Counted from the stretch's first letter, positions 51,906-61,719 are shown. The stretch: DNA of 64,000 bases from an uncultured Planctomycetota bacterium (GCA_963737655.1 CAVTTN010000002.1:6304001-6368000); one strand, 5' to 3'. The notes: generated by a model from the sequence alone, not told the origin. Translations and numbers: made by a program.

Positions 51906-54900
51906 ATGAGGAAACTGGGATCGTTCCGGGTCCATTTCGGGGCCCTGGCGGCTCTGGCCGCCTGGGCGGGCACGCCCTCCACCGGCCGGGCCGTCGCGCC
52001 CGAGGGCGAGGCCGCCCCCCTCTGGATCTGGACCGCCGACAAGGGTTCGGAGAGCCAGGCCGTCCACCTCCGCAAGGCGTTCGAGGTGCCCGAGGGGATC
52101 AAGTCGGCCCGGATCGTGGTCGCGGCCGACAACGAGGCGGCCGTCCTGCTCGACGGCCGGCCCGTGATCGAGAACAACGACTGGGCGGAGCCCTCGGCGA
52201 AGGTCGTGACCGCCGCCCTGGCCGCTCCCGGCCGGCACGTCCTGGCCGTCCGAGGCAGGAACCAGGGAGGCCCCGCGGGGCTGGTCCTCCGCCTGACGAT
52301 CGAGCCGAAGTCGGGGCCTCCGATCGTCGTGGTCTCGGACGAGTCGTGGAAGGTCAGCGTCCCGGCCCCCCGGGGCTGGACCGCCCCGAACTTCGACGAT
52401 TCGAAGTGGGCGAAGGCCACGGCCGTGGGCAAGCTCGGCGACGCCCCCTGGAACGCGACGAACGACCTCGCCTTCGCCCGGGCCGCCTCGCCGGACGAGC
52501 CGAAGGCGTCCGACCCCTCGAAGTTCAAGAAGATCAAGGGGTTCGACGTCGAATTGCTCTACACCGTCCCGAAGGATGAACAGGGATCGTGGGTGAACAT
52601 GACAGTCGATCCCAAGGGGCGTCTGATCGTCTCGGACCAGTACGGCAAGCTCTATCGCGTCACGCCCCCGCCGGTCGGCAAGGCGGGCGAGGTGAAGATC
52701 GAGCCCATCGAGGCGGAGATCGGCGAGGCCCAGGGCTTGCTCTGGGCGTTCGACAGCCTGTACGTCGTCGTGAATCAGGGCCAGAAGTACCCGAGCGGCC
52801 TCTACCGGGTGACCGACACCGACGGCGATGACAAGCTCGACAAGGTGGAGGCGCTCCGCGGCCTGAACGGCGGGGGCGAGCACGGCCCTCACGCCGTGAT
52901 CCTCGGGCCCGACGGCAAGTCGCTCCGGGTGATCGCCGGCAACGCCACGGCCCTGACCCAGCTCTCCGGCTCCGACGTCCCGAGGATCTACGACGAGGAC
53001 CAGGTCCTCCCCTACCTGACCGACGGCAACGGCTTCATGAAGGACGAGAGGGCCCCGGGCGGCTGCATCTACGAGGTCGATCCCGACGGCAAGAACTGGG
53101 TCCTGGTCTCGATGGGCTATCGCAACCCGTTCGACCTGGCGTTCAATCGCTGGGGAGACCTGTTCACGTACGATTCGGACATGGAATGGGACGTGAACAC
53201 GCCCTGGTATCGGCCCACGAGGGTCTGCCAGGCCGATCCCGGCTCCGACCTCGGCTACCGCAACGGCTCGGGCAAGTGGCCGACCTACTATCCCGACAGC
53301 CTCCCGCCGACGGTGGACATCGGCCCCGGCTCGCCCACCGGCGTGACGTTCGGCTACGGCGCGAAGTTCCCGGCGAAGTACCAGGAAGCCCTGTTCATCT
53401 GCGACTGGAGCTACGGCAAGCTCTACGCGCTGCACCTCTCGCCCGACCAGAGCCATTACAAGGCGGAGGTCGAGGAGTTCGTCACCGGCCAGCCCCTGGC
53501 GCTCACGGACGTGGTCGTGAACCCGACCGACGGCGCGATGTACTTCGCCGTGGGCGGGCGGAGGACGCTCTCGGGCCTGTACCGCGTGACCTACTCCGGC
53601 GCCGAATCGACCGCCCCGGCCCACCCCACCGACACCTCGGCCGACGCCCGGGCCCTGCGCCGGTCGCTCGAAGCGTTCCAGGGCCGCAAGGACCCGAAGG
53701 CGATCGAGGCCGCGTGGCCGAACCTCGGCCATCCCGACCGCTTCATCCGCTACGCCGCCCGCGTGGCCCTGGAATTCCAGCCCCCGGGCGAGTGGGTCGA
53801 AAAAGCCCTGGCCGAGACCGAGACGCAGGCGTTGTTGACGGCCTTGCTCGCCGTGGCCCGGGTCGGGGGGAAAGAGCTTCAGCCGAAGTTGCTCGACGGC
53901 CTCGGCCGGCTCGACTGGGACGCGCTCTCGACCGCCCAGAAGCTGGAGAGCCTGCGAGTCCTCGAATTGTGCCTGATCCGGATGGGTCGGCCCGACGATT
54001 CTTCGGTCGCCCACATCGTCGAGAAGCTCGACACGCTCTTCCCGGCGAAGGGTCGCGAGCTGAACGCCGAGCTCTGCAAGCTGATGATCGCCCTGGAGGC
54101 GCCGTCGGCCGCCTCGAAGACGATGGCCTTGCTCGAGACCGCGCCCACGCAGGAGGAGCAGATTGAGTACGCCACGGCCTTGAGGAAGCTCAGGACCGGC
54201 TGGACGCCCGGGCTCCGCAAGGCCTATTTCGAGTGGTTCCCGAAGGCCGCGAACTTCAAGGGAGGCGCGAGCCTCGCCGGATTCATCCGGCAGATCAAGG
54301 GGGACGCGGTGGCGACGCTCTCGACCGAGGAGAAGGCCGCGTTGCAGCCGATCCTCGACGCCAAGCCCGACGCGAAGGCCGTCGTTGCGGTCGCCAAGCC
54401 CCGGCCGTTCGTCAAGGCGTGGACCGTCCCCGAGCTCGCGCCGGTCGCCGAGACCCGGCTCAATCACCGCGACTTCGACCGAGGCCGGACCCTGTTCGCC
54501 GCCGCCTCGTGCTTCAACTGCCACCGGTTCGCCAACGAAGGAGGGACCGTCGGCCCGGACCTCACCGGGGTCTCCGGCCGGTTCAGCCCGAGGGACCTCC
54601 TGGAATCGATCGTCCTGCCCAGCAAGACGGTCAGCGACCAGTACCAGGCCTGGACGTTCGCCACGACCGACGGCCAGGTCGTCACCGGCCGGGTAGTGAA
54701 CCTCAACGGCGACACCCTCATGATCAACACCGACATGCTCGACCCGAACAAGATGGTCAGCATCAATCAGAAGAAAGTCGAGGAGAAGAAGCCCTCCGCC
54801 GTCTCCATGATGCCCGAAGGGCTCCTCAACACCTTCCACGAAGATGAAATCCTCGACATGATCGCCTATCTGCTCTCCAAGGGAGACCGGAATAGCCCGA

Positions 54901-54911
54901 TGTTCAAGTGA
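51906..54911 (+). CDS. PVC-type heme-binding beta-propeller dehydrogenase-like protein with N-terminal carbohydrate-binding-like domain
   Basis: GAGGAG RBS; signal peptide; WIW...AADNE...N.GGPAGL...SDESWK; GEHGPHA, GYRNPFD, DSDMEWD; CFNCH; MMPEGL. Confidence 0.88.
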   Translation: MRKLGSFRVHFGALAALAAWAGTPSTGRAVAPEGEAAPLWIWTADKGSESQAVHLRKAFEVPEGIKSARIVVAADNEAAVLLDGRPVIENNDWAEPSAKVVTAALAAPGRHVLAVRGRNQGGPAGLVLRLTIEPKSGPPIVVVSDESWKVSVPAPRGWTAPNFDDSKWAKATAVGKLGDAPWNATNDLAFARAASPDEPKASDPSKFKKIKGFDVELLYTVPKDEQGSWVNMTVDPKGRLIVSDQYGKLYRVTPPPVGKAGEVKIEPIEAEIGEAQGLLWAFDSLYVVVNQGQKYPSGLYRVTDTDGDDKLDKVEALRGLNGGGEHGPHAVILGPDGKSLRVIAGNATALTQLSGSDVPRIYDEDQVLPYLTDGNGFMKDERAPGGCIYEVDPDGKNWVLVSMGYRNPFDLAFNRWGDLFTYDSDMEWDVNTPWYRPTRVCQADPGSDLGYRNGSGKWPTYYPDSLPPTVDIGPGSPTGVTFGYGAKFPAKYQEALFICDWSYGKLYALHLSPDQSHYKAEVEEFVTGQPLALTDVVVNPTDGAMYFAVGGRRTLSGLYRVTYSGAESTAPAHPTDTSADARALRRSLEAFQGRKDPKAIEAAWPNLGHPDRFIRYAARVALEFQPPGEWVEKALAETETQALLTALLAVARVGGKELQPKLLDGLGRLDWDALSTAQKLESLRVLELCLIRMGRPDDSSVAHIVEKLDTLFPAKGRELNAELCKLMIALEAPSAASKTMALLETAPTQEEQIEYATALRKLRTGWTPGLRKAYFEWFPKAANFKGGASLAGFIRQIKGDAVATLSTEEKAALQPILDAKPDAKAVVAVAKPRPFVKAWTVPELAPVAETRLNHRDFDRGRTLFAAASCFNCHRFANEGGTVGPDLTGVSGRFSPRDLLESIVLPSKTVSDQYQAWTFATTDGQVVTGRVVNLNGDTLMINTDMLDPNKMVSINQKKVEEKKPSAVSMMPEGLLNTFHEDEILDMIAYLLSKGDRNSPMFK

Positions 54912-54921
54912 CGCGGACGGC

Positions 54922-54951
54922 CCCGCCCCCTCCAGGCGAAGAGGGGGCGGG
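54922..54951 (+). terminator. GC hairpin downstream of the heme-binding protein gene
   Basis: 11-bp stem CCCGCCCCCTC / GAGGGGGCGGG; no clear U-tract. Confidence 0.4.
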
Positions 54952-55081
54952 ATCGCGATCCGATGATGCCGAGAGAAAGGGTATCAAAGGGGAGATGATA
55001 TTAGTTCAGAAAGATTGAAATAATGTGATCTGAGAATATTTTCGACAAGTCCTCTTTTCTAGTTACTGCTTTTCCGCCCCC

Positions 55082-55110
55082 AAAGAAAATGCCCCGCGAC
55101 GAGCGGGGCA
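55082..55110 (-). terminator. Intrinsic terminator on the minus strand
   Basis: TGCCCCGC / GCGGGGCA stem followed on the minus strand by a T-rich tail (TTTTCTTT). Confidence 0.6.
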
Positions 55111-55137
55111 CCAATCGGCGTTCGGTTGAGTAGATTA

Positions 55138-55341
55138 TTATAGGCTGACGAAGATAAATCTAGCAAATTCCTTTATACACTCAACATAAACGGCAGCGGT
55201 TTCAAGGGCGGAATTCAGTGCAGGACAAGTGAGGTGTATTTCCTCCGTCACGACGTTTTCGATGGTTCTCTCGGTTAGGGTCTTCGTCCTTCTGACAGTC
55301 GTCGTCGCAGTTGTCCGTTTCTCCTTCACGTAGCCGACCAT
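55138..55341 (-). CDS. Small hypothetical protein (67 aa)
   Basis: GAAAGGAG RBS before ATG 55341; double stop; terminator directly downstream. Confidence 0.5.
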   Translation of the reverse strand: MVGYVKEKRTTATTTVRRTKTLTERTIENVVTEEIHLTCPALNSALETAAVYVECIKEFARFIFVSL

Positions 55342-55552
55342 CTGGGAGGCTCCTTTCTTCCTCCCGCCGATTGGAACGACATCTTTGCCAGGACCAAACG
55401 GCTTTTCAAGTGGAACAAAAAACCACCAGCCATGCGACCCTTTCCTGCTTGACGGCAAGTCCTGCGGAGGGGAGCGTCTGCCCGAAAACGATGGGCTAAG
55501 CCAAAATCGTTCAGGAGGAGAGGGGAGCGGAAAGGTGGACAGAGGGGGATGA

Positions 55553-55713
55553 GGGGACAGAAGCCGATTCTTAGGCCTTCCTGCCGGGAGTTACTAACGG
55601 CCGCATAAAGAAGATCAAGTTCCCGAGACCCGAGACCGGACCATTTCAGCTTCGGAACGCTCCAACGACTTGATCTTCTCTATGCAGCGGTCAGTAAATC
55701 GGCTCCTGACCCA
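55553..55713. repeat. Nested inverted-repeat element (MITE/REP-like)
   Basis: Inner 30-bp arms 55591-55620 / 55668-55697 (26/30 match) inside outer GGGGACAGAAGCCGATT / AATCGGCTCCTGACCCA arms (14/17). Confidence 0.65.
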
Positions 55714-55966
55714 TATTCTGCTCTCTTCGGTCTCGACTCGATGGGGAAAATAAGACATTATATTTTATGTTCATAAATGTGAATTCCCCCGTTTCCCTAT
55801 GCTCCTTTTTCCCCTCGCTTGACTTGCCGAGAGCTCGTCGATACCCTGATGCGATCGTGAGATCGCCGACGAGATTTCACGCAGAACGCTCCGTTTGCGT
55901 TCTACGGCCTGTGCCGTACCGTGAGACCGACAGAATCGAGTCCAAGTTCGACTGCGAGTCATATCC

Positions 55967-56656
55967 ATGCCATGTTTCGGCCGCCTGATCGGCACGACCT
56001 TCGTCGTCCTTGTCTTCTCGCCATGCGTCTCGAAGCATGCCCAGGCAGATTTCGACATTTATGCGTTCACGGGTACAATCACCCAAGCGTCTGGACTAGC
56101 TCCCGCACAGTCGGGTGAGCAATTCAAGGGCGAGTTCACTTTCGACGACACGACCCCTGCGCAGTCGATAGACGGGGAAAGGCTGGCCGTCTACTCTCCG
56201 ATCGCCATCCGCTTCTCGGCGAGCACCCCGACTGCAATCCTCGCCGATTTCTCCGACCCACTCGGGTTCATCCAGCTACTCAATGACGATTTTGTAGACT
56301 TCCTCGGCACTTATCAGGATGGCCTACTACTTATGGCCACGGGTCGTGTGGGTAGCCCAGTGCCACAGATCTACGATGAAGTGCTCTTCGATTTAAATAA
56401 CAGCTACTCCGCCACACCGGGCACGCTCTTGAATACCGATCGGTTGAACGATCTAGTCGTCGATTTTTCCCAGGTCTTGGTCACGATCTTTGAAATAAGG
56501 CATACGGACTACAATAATCCCGGGTCGAACTACTCCCTGAAGGGAGAGATAAACTCCTTCACGGTCCGATCCGTCCCGGAGCCGGCCAGCCTCGTCATGC
56601 TGGGGACGGGTGCCCTAGGCGTCTTAGGCTACGCCCGCCGCGGGAAGCGGGCCTGA
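55967..56656 (+). CDS. PEP-CTERM sorting-domain protein
   Basis: Signal peptide ending AQA-D; C-terminal VPEPASLVMLGTGALGVLGYARRGKRA. Confidence 0.9.
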   Translation: MPCFGRLIGTTFVVLVFSPCVSKHAQADFDIYAFTGTITQASGLAPAQSGEQFKGEFTFDDTTPAQSIDGERLAVYSPIAIRFSASTPTAILADFSDPLGFIQLLNDDFVDFLGTYQDGLLLMATGRVGSPVPQIYDEVLFDLNNSYSATPGTLLNTDRLNDLVVDFSQVLVTIFEIRHTDYNNPGSNYSLKGEINSFTVRSVPEPASLVMLGTGALGVLGYARRGKRA

Positions 56657-56672
56657 TTCACAGCGGAGGCAA

Positions 56673-56802
56673 AAACGGGGACGTTCTGGCTCTGTCGAAA
56701 ACCCCGTTCGGGGTCCGAACCGAGTAGGCCCGACTGGAGTCGGTCCTACTCCTCCAACCCTCTTCCAACGGGGTTTTCGAGAGAGCCAGAACGTCCCCGT
56801 TT
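56673..56802. repeat. MITE/REP composite: 36-bp terminal inverted repeats (one mismatch) enclosing a GTAG-type REP
   Basis: AAACGGGGACGTTCTGGCTCTGTCGAAAACCCCGTT (56673-56708) / AACGGGGTTTTCGAGAGAGCCAGAACGTCCCCGTTT (56767-56802); inner GTAGGCCCGACTGGAGTCGGTCCTAC. Confidence 0.8.
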
Positions 56803-56827
56803 CCCTTCCCCGGCCCCGCCAACAGAA

Positions 56828-56855
56828 CACTGGTCGGGTACGACCAGTGGCACCC
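56828..56855. repeat. REP-like hairpin
   Basis: CACTGGTCG-GGTA-CGACCAGTG followed by GCACCC. Confidence 0.55.
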
Positions 56856-56908
56856 AGAAAGGCACCATCGCCACCGGCCCGCATGGTTCGGCGTGCCTTT
56901 GTGAGCGA

Positions 56909-57566
56909 TCAGTTCCCCTTGATAAACACCGAGTCGAAGACTTTCTCGAAGTCCTCAAACAACTGATCACTACGTTGACAGGCACGAAGTTTCGATAGGT
57001 AACGACCAAGCCCAAGGGAATAATCCTCGAATAACATATGTGGGTTAATAGATAAGCTGTTCTGATTTGTGGTCGTTCGAACAGTGAAGTAGGGATCACC
57101 CCGATTGCCGTCGAACCCTCCATGACACACTGAAAAGCCGTGTGCGAGGCCGTTGCGGAAATCGGTCCAAAGCATGTCCCCGTAGGAAAAGCATGTCCCC
57201 GTAGGATTTGCTGTCGAGCTTCTCTGTTTCGTACTCCGATGCCATGTAGTGCTTCAGGAACGCATGAAACCGTTTCTTGTTGATGTCACGACCTCTTTTT
57301 TCCAGACACCCGGTTTGGAGCTTTCCAGTCGCTTCGATCGCCGAGCAGATTGCGACCCCAAAGATCAGCAACGCAGATGAATCGAGGGCAACGTGAATTT
57401 CATTGTCTAGGATACGGGCGAGTGGGTTGACAACGACCAACCGCACGCGCTTCTCGAAGTAGTCGATCCGCTCGTTCGGTTCCAGCAGGTGAAGGAACGG
57501 GCGGTCGTAGTCGAGCCACCCCGTCAAGTGCTGCACCATGCCAGCCAACTTCGCCTCCGCGGCCAA
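56909..57566 (-). pseudogene. HEPN-like protein gene interrupted by a 19-bp tandem duplication
   Basis: AAAGCATGTCCCCGTAGGA occurs twice in tandem (57169-57187, 57188-57206). Removing one copy fuses the two ORFs into about 212 aa with EATGK (Ex3K) and RNGLAH (Rx4H, 57140-57157). Confidence 0.7.
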
Positions 57567-57605
57567 GTATTTAGTCTGCGTCAGAAGCGATGCAGAATCT
57601 TGTCA

Positions 57606-57663
57606 GGCCGCGATTCTGCGTCCGAAATGACGCTTTCGTCATTTCGGACGCAGAATCGCGGCC
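57606..57663. repeat. Perfect 27-bp hairpin with 4-nt loop
   Basis: GGCCGCGATTCTGCGTCCGAAATGACG-CTTT-CGTCATTTCGGACGCAGAATCGCGGCC. Confidence 0.85.
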
Positions 57664-57776
57664 GCTTTGGTCATCTTGCCAATGGGTGCCGCCCGTCGCA
57701 AGAGGATTCCTCGGTTCTTCCTCCTGCATTCGCCGATGGAATCGTCGAGTCAGGAACGGGAAAGGGTCCGGCCTCC

Positions 57777-59126
57777 TCAAACCCGGTTCCCCGCCGGGTG
57801 GACCCAGGGGCTTCGGTAGGGGCGGGCGAGCATCTTGTTGGCTTCGTCGTCTCCGACGACCTGGCCCTTTTCGGCGTCCCAGGTGATCGAGCGGCCGAGC
57901 TTCAGGGCGTTGTTGGCGAGGATGCAGCTGGTGGTGGAGATGTGGCCTTCCTCGATGTCGGCCACGGGCTTGCCTCGGGAGTCGATCGCGGCGAGGAAGT
58001 TGAGCATGTGGCGGCGGATCGCCGGGGCGACGTGCCGTTCGAGGTCCTTTTCGGTCCGGTCCTCGGGGTACTGGTCGAGCTCCATCACCACGTCGCCGTG
58101 GAGCGGCTTGCCGCCTCCCATCGGGGTGAAATCATAGCTGTTCACGCTGGCCTTGAGCGTCCCCTTGTCGCCGTAGAAGGTGGCCCCCCACGGGTATTTG
58201 GGGTCGGGGGACTCGCCCCAGGTCCGGTGCTGCCAGACAATCGTGGTGTCGCCGAAGTCGAAGGTGGCGGTCTGGGTGTCGGGGATGTCGGCCTTGCTGG
58301 CCTTGTCCACAAAAATGCCTCCGGCCGAGCCGATCCGCCTGGGCCAGCCCAGGTTGAGCATCCATCGGGCCATGTCGAGCATGTGGATGCACATGTCTCC
58401 CATGATCCCGTTGCCGTACTCGGTGAACGAGCGCCAGCCTCGGGGGTGGATCATCGGGTTGAACGGCCGGAACGGGGCGGGGCCGCACCAGAAGTCCCAG
58501 TCGAGCCCCTCGGGCGGCTTCTGGTCGGGCGGGTTGCCCCGGGCCCTCATGTGATAGTAGCAGTAGACCTCGACGAGCCCGACCTTGCCGAGCAAGCCTT
58601 CGCGGACCACGCGGTCCCGGGCCTCGATCAGGTGGGGGGTGCTCCGCCGTTGGGTGCCGACCTGGACCACTCGCTTGTTGTGCCTCGCGGCGGTGAGCAT
58701 GGCCTGCCCCTCGGCCACGTCCACGCTGATCGGCTTTTGAACGTAGACGTCCGCGCCCGATTCCACCGCCGCGATCATCGGCAGGGCGTGCCAGTGGTCG
58801 GGCGTGGCGATCAGGACGATATCCAGGTCCTTGGGCTTGAGCATCTCCCGGTAGTCGTGGAACAGCCGGGGGGTCTTGCCCGACTTCTGCCGGGAGGCGA
58901 CGATCTCTCCGGCCCCGGTGAGCATTTTTTGATCGACGTCGCAGAGCGAGACGACCTCGACCGGCGCGACCTGGATCAAGCGGAGGAGGTCGGCCTTGCC
59001 GTACCAGCCGGTGCCGATCAGGCCGACCCGGCGGGTCTTGCCGTCGTCGAAGGCCCACGACGACGGCAAGGCCCCGGCGGCCAGCGAGGCCGCGGCGCCG
59101 GCCTGGAGGAAGTGGCGACGTTTCAT
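57777..59126 (-). CDS. Gfo/Idh/MocA oxidoreductase with Tat signal
   Basis: MKRRHFLQ; VGLIGTGWYG; IATPDHWH; VYVQKP; QVGTQRRS; GDMCIHMLD. Confidence 0.93.
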   Translation of the reverse strand: MKRRHFLQAGAAASLAAGALPSSWAFDDGKTRRVGLIGTGWYGKADLLRLIQVAPVEVVSLCDVDQKMLTGAGEIVASRQKSGKTPRLFHDYREMLKPKDLDIVLIATPDHWHALPMIAAVESGADVYVQKPISVDVAEGQAMLTAARHNKRVVQVGTQRRSTPHLIEARDRVVREGLLGKVGLVEVYCYYHMRARGNPPDQKPPEGLDWDFWCGPAPFRPFNPMIHPRGWRSFTEYGNGIMGDMCIHMLDMARWMLNLGWPRRIGSAGGIFVDKASKADIPDTQTATFDFGDTTIVWQHRTWGESPDPKYPWGATFYGDKGTLKASVNSYDFTPMGGGKPLHGDVVMELDQYPEDRTEKDLERHVAPAIRRHMLNFLAAIDSRGKPVADIEEGHISTTSCILANNALKLGRSITWDAEKGQVVGDDEANKMLARPYRSPWVHPAGNRV

Positions 59127-59308
59127 GGACGGTGGCCCTCGGGCGAGTGGGAGATGGGGATTCCCGAATCTAACGAGTCGGCCCGGGGATTGCCACGGAG
59201 CGGCTTCGGCCGGGATGGGGTCGATGGGACGAGGCCGGTGTGATCCAATGCAGGGCGGCTCGGTTGGAGACGTCCGAAGCCGTGACCAGGACGACCACCG
59301 GAGGGACC

Positions 59309-60271
59309 GTGAAGGGACCCCCACTCAACCCGCTGGAACTGATCCGCCCTCTCCGGAAGGTCGTGGGCATGTCGGCCGTCCTCCTGCCGTTCCGCTCCGA
59401 CGGGGCGATCGACTGGCCGGGCTTCCGCGCCCACCTCGCCCGGACGGCCGCCTCGGGGCTCGTCCCGGCGGTGAACATGGACACGGGATTTGTTCACTTG
59501 CTGGACTCCGAGACGCGAAAGGCCGTCCTCGACGCGACTTGCGAGACCCTCGACGGCCGGCCGTTCATCGCCGGGGCGTTCGTGGCCGATTCGCCCGGCT
59601 CGGCCTTCGACCTGCCCGCCTACGCCCGGGAGATGGAGGCCATCGAGGGCCGCGGAGGGATGCCCATCCTCTTCCCCTCGTTCGGGCTGACCGAACGGCC
59701 CGATGACGCCCTGATCGCGGCGTTCGAACGGGTCGGCCGCCTGACCGACCGCTTCCTCGCCTTCGAGCTCGGCACCATGTTCGCGCCGTCGGGCCGGATC
59801 TTCTCCCTGGAGGTTTATGAGCGGATCTTGACCATCCGCTCGTGCGTCGGCGCCAAGCATTCGTCGCTGAGCCGGGTCGAGGAGTGGCGGCGATTGGCCC
59901 TCCGCGACCGGGTCCGCCCGGACTTCCTGGTCCTCACGGGCAACGATCTGGCCATTGATATGGTGATCTATGGGAGCGATTACCTCCTCGGCCTCAGCAC
60001 CTTCGCGCCCGACCTGTTCGCCGTCCGCGATGCGATGTGGGAGCGCGGCGATCCGGCGTTCTTCGAGCTGAATGATGGGCTCCAGTACCTCGGCCAGTTC
60101 GCGTTTCGGCCTCCGGTGCCGGCGTACAAGCACTCGGCGGCCATGTTCCTGAAGATTCGAGGATGGATCGATTCGGACCGGACCCATCCCGGGGGGCTCG
60201 CCCGGCCCGACTCGGATCGAGACGTCCTCCGCGAGATCGCCGACCGTCTGGATCGGTTCCGAGGAGCCTGA
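59309..60271 (+). CDS. Dihydrodipicolinate synthase / class I aldolase family protein
   Basis: SAVLLPF..DGAIDW, AVNMDTG, GAKHSS (Schiff-base Lys), LTGND; GTG start after GGAGG. Confidence 0.8.
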   Translation: MKGPPLNPLELIRPLRKVVGMSAVLLPFRSDGAIDWPGFRAHLARTAASGLVPAVNMDTGFVHLLDSETRKAVLDATCETLDGRPFIAGAFVADSPGSAFDLPAYAREMEAIEGRGGMPILFPSFGLTERPDDALIAAFERVGRLTDRFLAFELGTMFAPSGRIFSLEVYERILTIRSCVGAKHSSLSRVEEWRRLALRDRVRPDFLVLTGNDLAIDMVIYGSDYLLGLSTFAPDLFAVRDAMWERGDPAFFELNDGLQYLGQFAFRPPVPAYKHSAAMFLKIRGWIDSDRTHPGGLARPDSDRDVLREIADRLDRFRGA

Positions 60272-60276
60272 ATCGC

Positions 60277-61707
60277 GTGGAAATCCCCCGGATCGCGTCC
60301 CTGAAGACGGCCGACGACTTCCTCGCCCACGTCGGGCGGCTCGGCCTGGATTTGCCGTTCGATGAAGTCGTCGAGACCGGCCCCGACGCCCCCCTGGCCC
60401 GCCCGTTCGCCGGGCCGCGCGGCACGGTCGGCAATCGGTTCGCGATCCTGCCGATGGAGGGCTGGGACGGGACCGCCGACGGCCGCCCCTCGGACCTCAC
60501 GACCCGCCGATGGGAGCGGTTCGGCCGGAGCGGGGCCAAGCTGATCTGGGGGGGCGAGGCCGCCGCCGTCCGGTTCGACGGCCGGGCGAACCCGAATCAA
60601 CTGGTCGTCGAGGAGGCGACGCTCGCCGACCTCCAGGGGCTCCGCGAGCGCCTGGTCTCGGCCCATCGCGAACGGTTCGGGCGGACCGATGACCTGTTCG
60701 TCGGGCTCCAACTGACGCACTCCGGCCGGTTCTCGCGGCCCCGCGACCGATCGAGGCTGGAACCCCGGATCGCCTATCATCACCCGTTGCTGGACCGCAA
60801 ATTCGGACTCGACCCGGGCCATCCGGTCCTTTCGGACCGGGAGCTCGGCGGCCTCGTCGGCGATTTCGCGAGGGCGGCGCGCGATGCTCAGCGGATCGGG
60901 TTCGACTTCGTGGACGTGAAGTGCTGCCACGGCTATCTCGGCCACGAATTGCTCTCGGCCGTCGGGAGGCCGGGGCCGTATGGCGGGTCGTTCGCCAACC
61001 GGACGAGGTTCCTCCGCGAGGTCATCGCCGCCATCCGATCCGAGGCGCCGGGATTGGAGGTCGGCGTCCGCCTGAGCGTGTTCGACTTCGTCCCGTACCG
61101 CAAACGGGCCGACGGCCGGGGCGAGCCGATGCCCTTCGAGGGCCCGACCTACCCGTTCGCCTTCGGCGGAGACCCCGAGACCGGCCGGGGGATCGACCTG
61201 GAGGAGCCGTCGCGATTGCTCTCGCTGCTGAAGTCGATGGATGTGGGTTGGATTTGCGCGACGGCGGGCAACCCGTACACCAATCCCCACCTCCTCCGCC
61301 CGGCCGCGTTCCCGCCGTCGGACGGCTACTTGCCTCCGGAAGACCCGCTGGTGGGCGTGGCCCGGCAGCTCGCCGCCACGAGGCAATTGAAGGCGATGCA
61401 TCCGGACGTGGCGATCGTCGGGTCGGCCTATTCGTACTTGCAGGAATGGCTGCCGAACGTGGCCCAGGCGGTGGTCCGGGGCGGAGGGGCCGATTTCGTC
61501 GGGATCGGCCGGCTGGTCCTGTCCTACCCCGAGTTCCCGGCCGACGTCCTGGGAGGAAAGCGGCTCGAACGCAAACGGATCTGCCGGACGTTCAGCGACT
61601 GCACGTCCGGGCCGAGAAACGGCACGATCTCCGGCTGTTTCCCGCTCGATCCGTTCTACAAGGCGAGGCCCGAACGCGCGATCCTGCCGCCGAGGTCCGG
61701 CGCGTAG
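60277..61707 (+). CDS. NADH:flavin oxidoreductase (Old Yellow Enzyme family)
   Basis: [49 protein letters not shown]-terminal CRTFSDC...GC. Confidence 0.88.
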   Translation: MEIPRIASLKTADDFLAHVGRLGLDLPFDEVVETGPDAPLARPFAGPRGTVGNRFAILPMEGWDGTADGRPSDLTTRRWERFGRSGAKLIWGGEAAAVRFDGRANPNQLVVEEATLADLQGLRERLVSAHRERFGRTDDLFVGLQLTHSGRFSRPRDRSRLEPRIAYHHPLLDRKFGLDPGHPVLSDRELGGLVGDFARAARDAQRIGFDFVDVKCCHGYLGHELLSAVGRPGPYGGSFANRTRFLREVIAAIRSEAPGLEVGVRLSVFDFVPYRKRADGRGEPMPFEGPTYPFAFGGDPETGRGIDLEEPSRLLSLLKSMDVGWICATAGNPYTNPHLLRPAAFPPSDGYLPPEDPLVGVARQLAATRQLKAMHPDVAIVGSAYSYLQEWLPNVAQAVVRGGGADFVGIGRLVLSYPEFPADVLGGKRLERKRICRTFSDCTSGPRNGTISGCFPLDPFYKARPERAILPPRSGA

Positions 61708-61719
61708 CGGCCCCGAGTT

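Noticed and set aside
55591..55697. Possible integron attC site (CTAAC... arms)
   Set aside because: The ends do not match RYYYAAC/GTTRRRY well, there is no clear extrahelical base, neighbouring genes are not co-oriented, and no intI is present. Kept as a MITE/REP-like repeat.
55767..56118. Several short overlapping ORFs upstream of the PEP-CTERM gene
   Set aside because: They overlap the PEP-CTERM gene or its likely promoter and show no coding signals.
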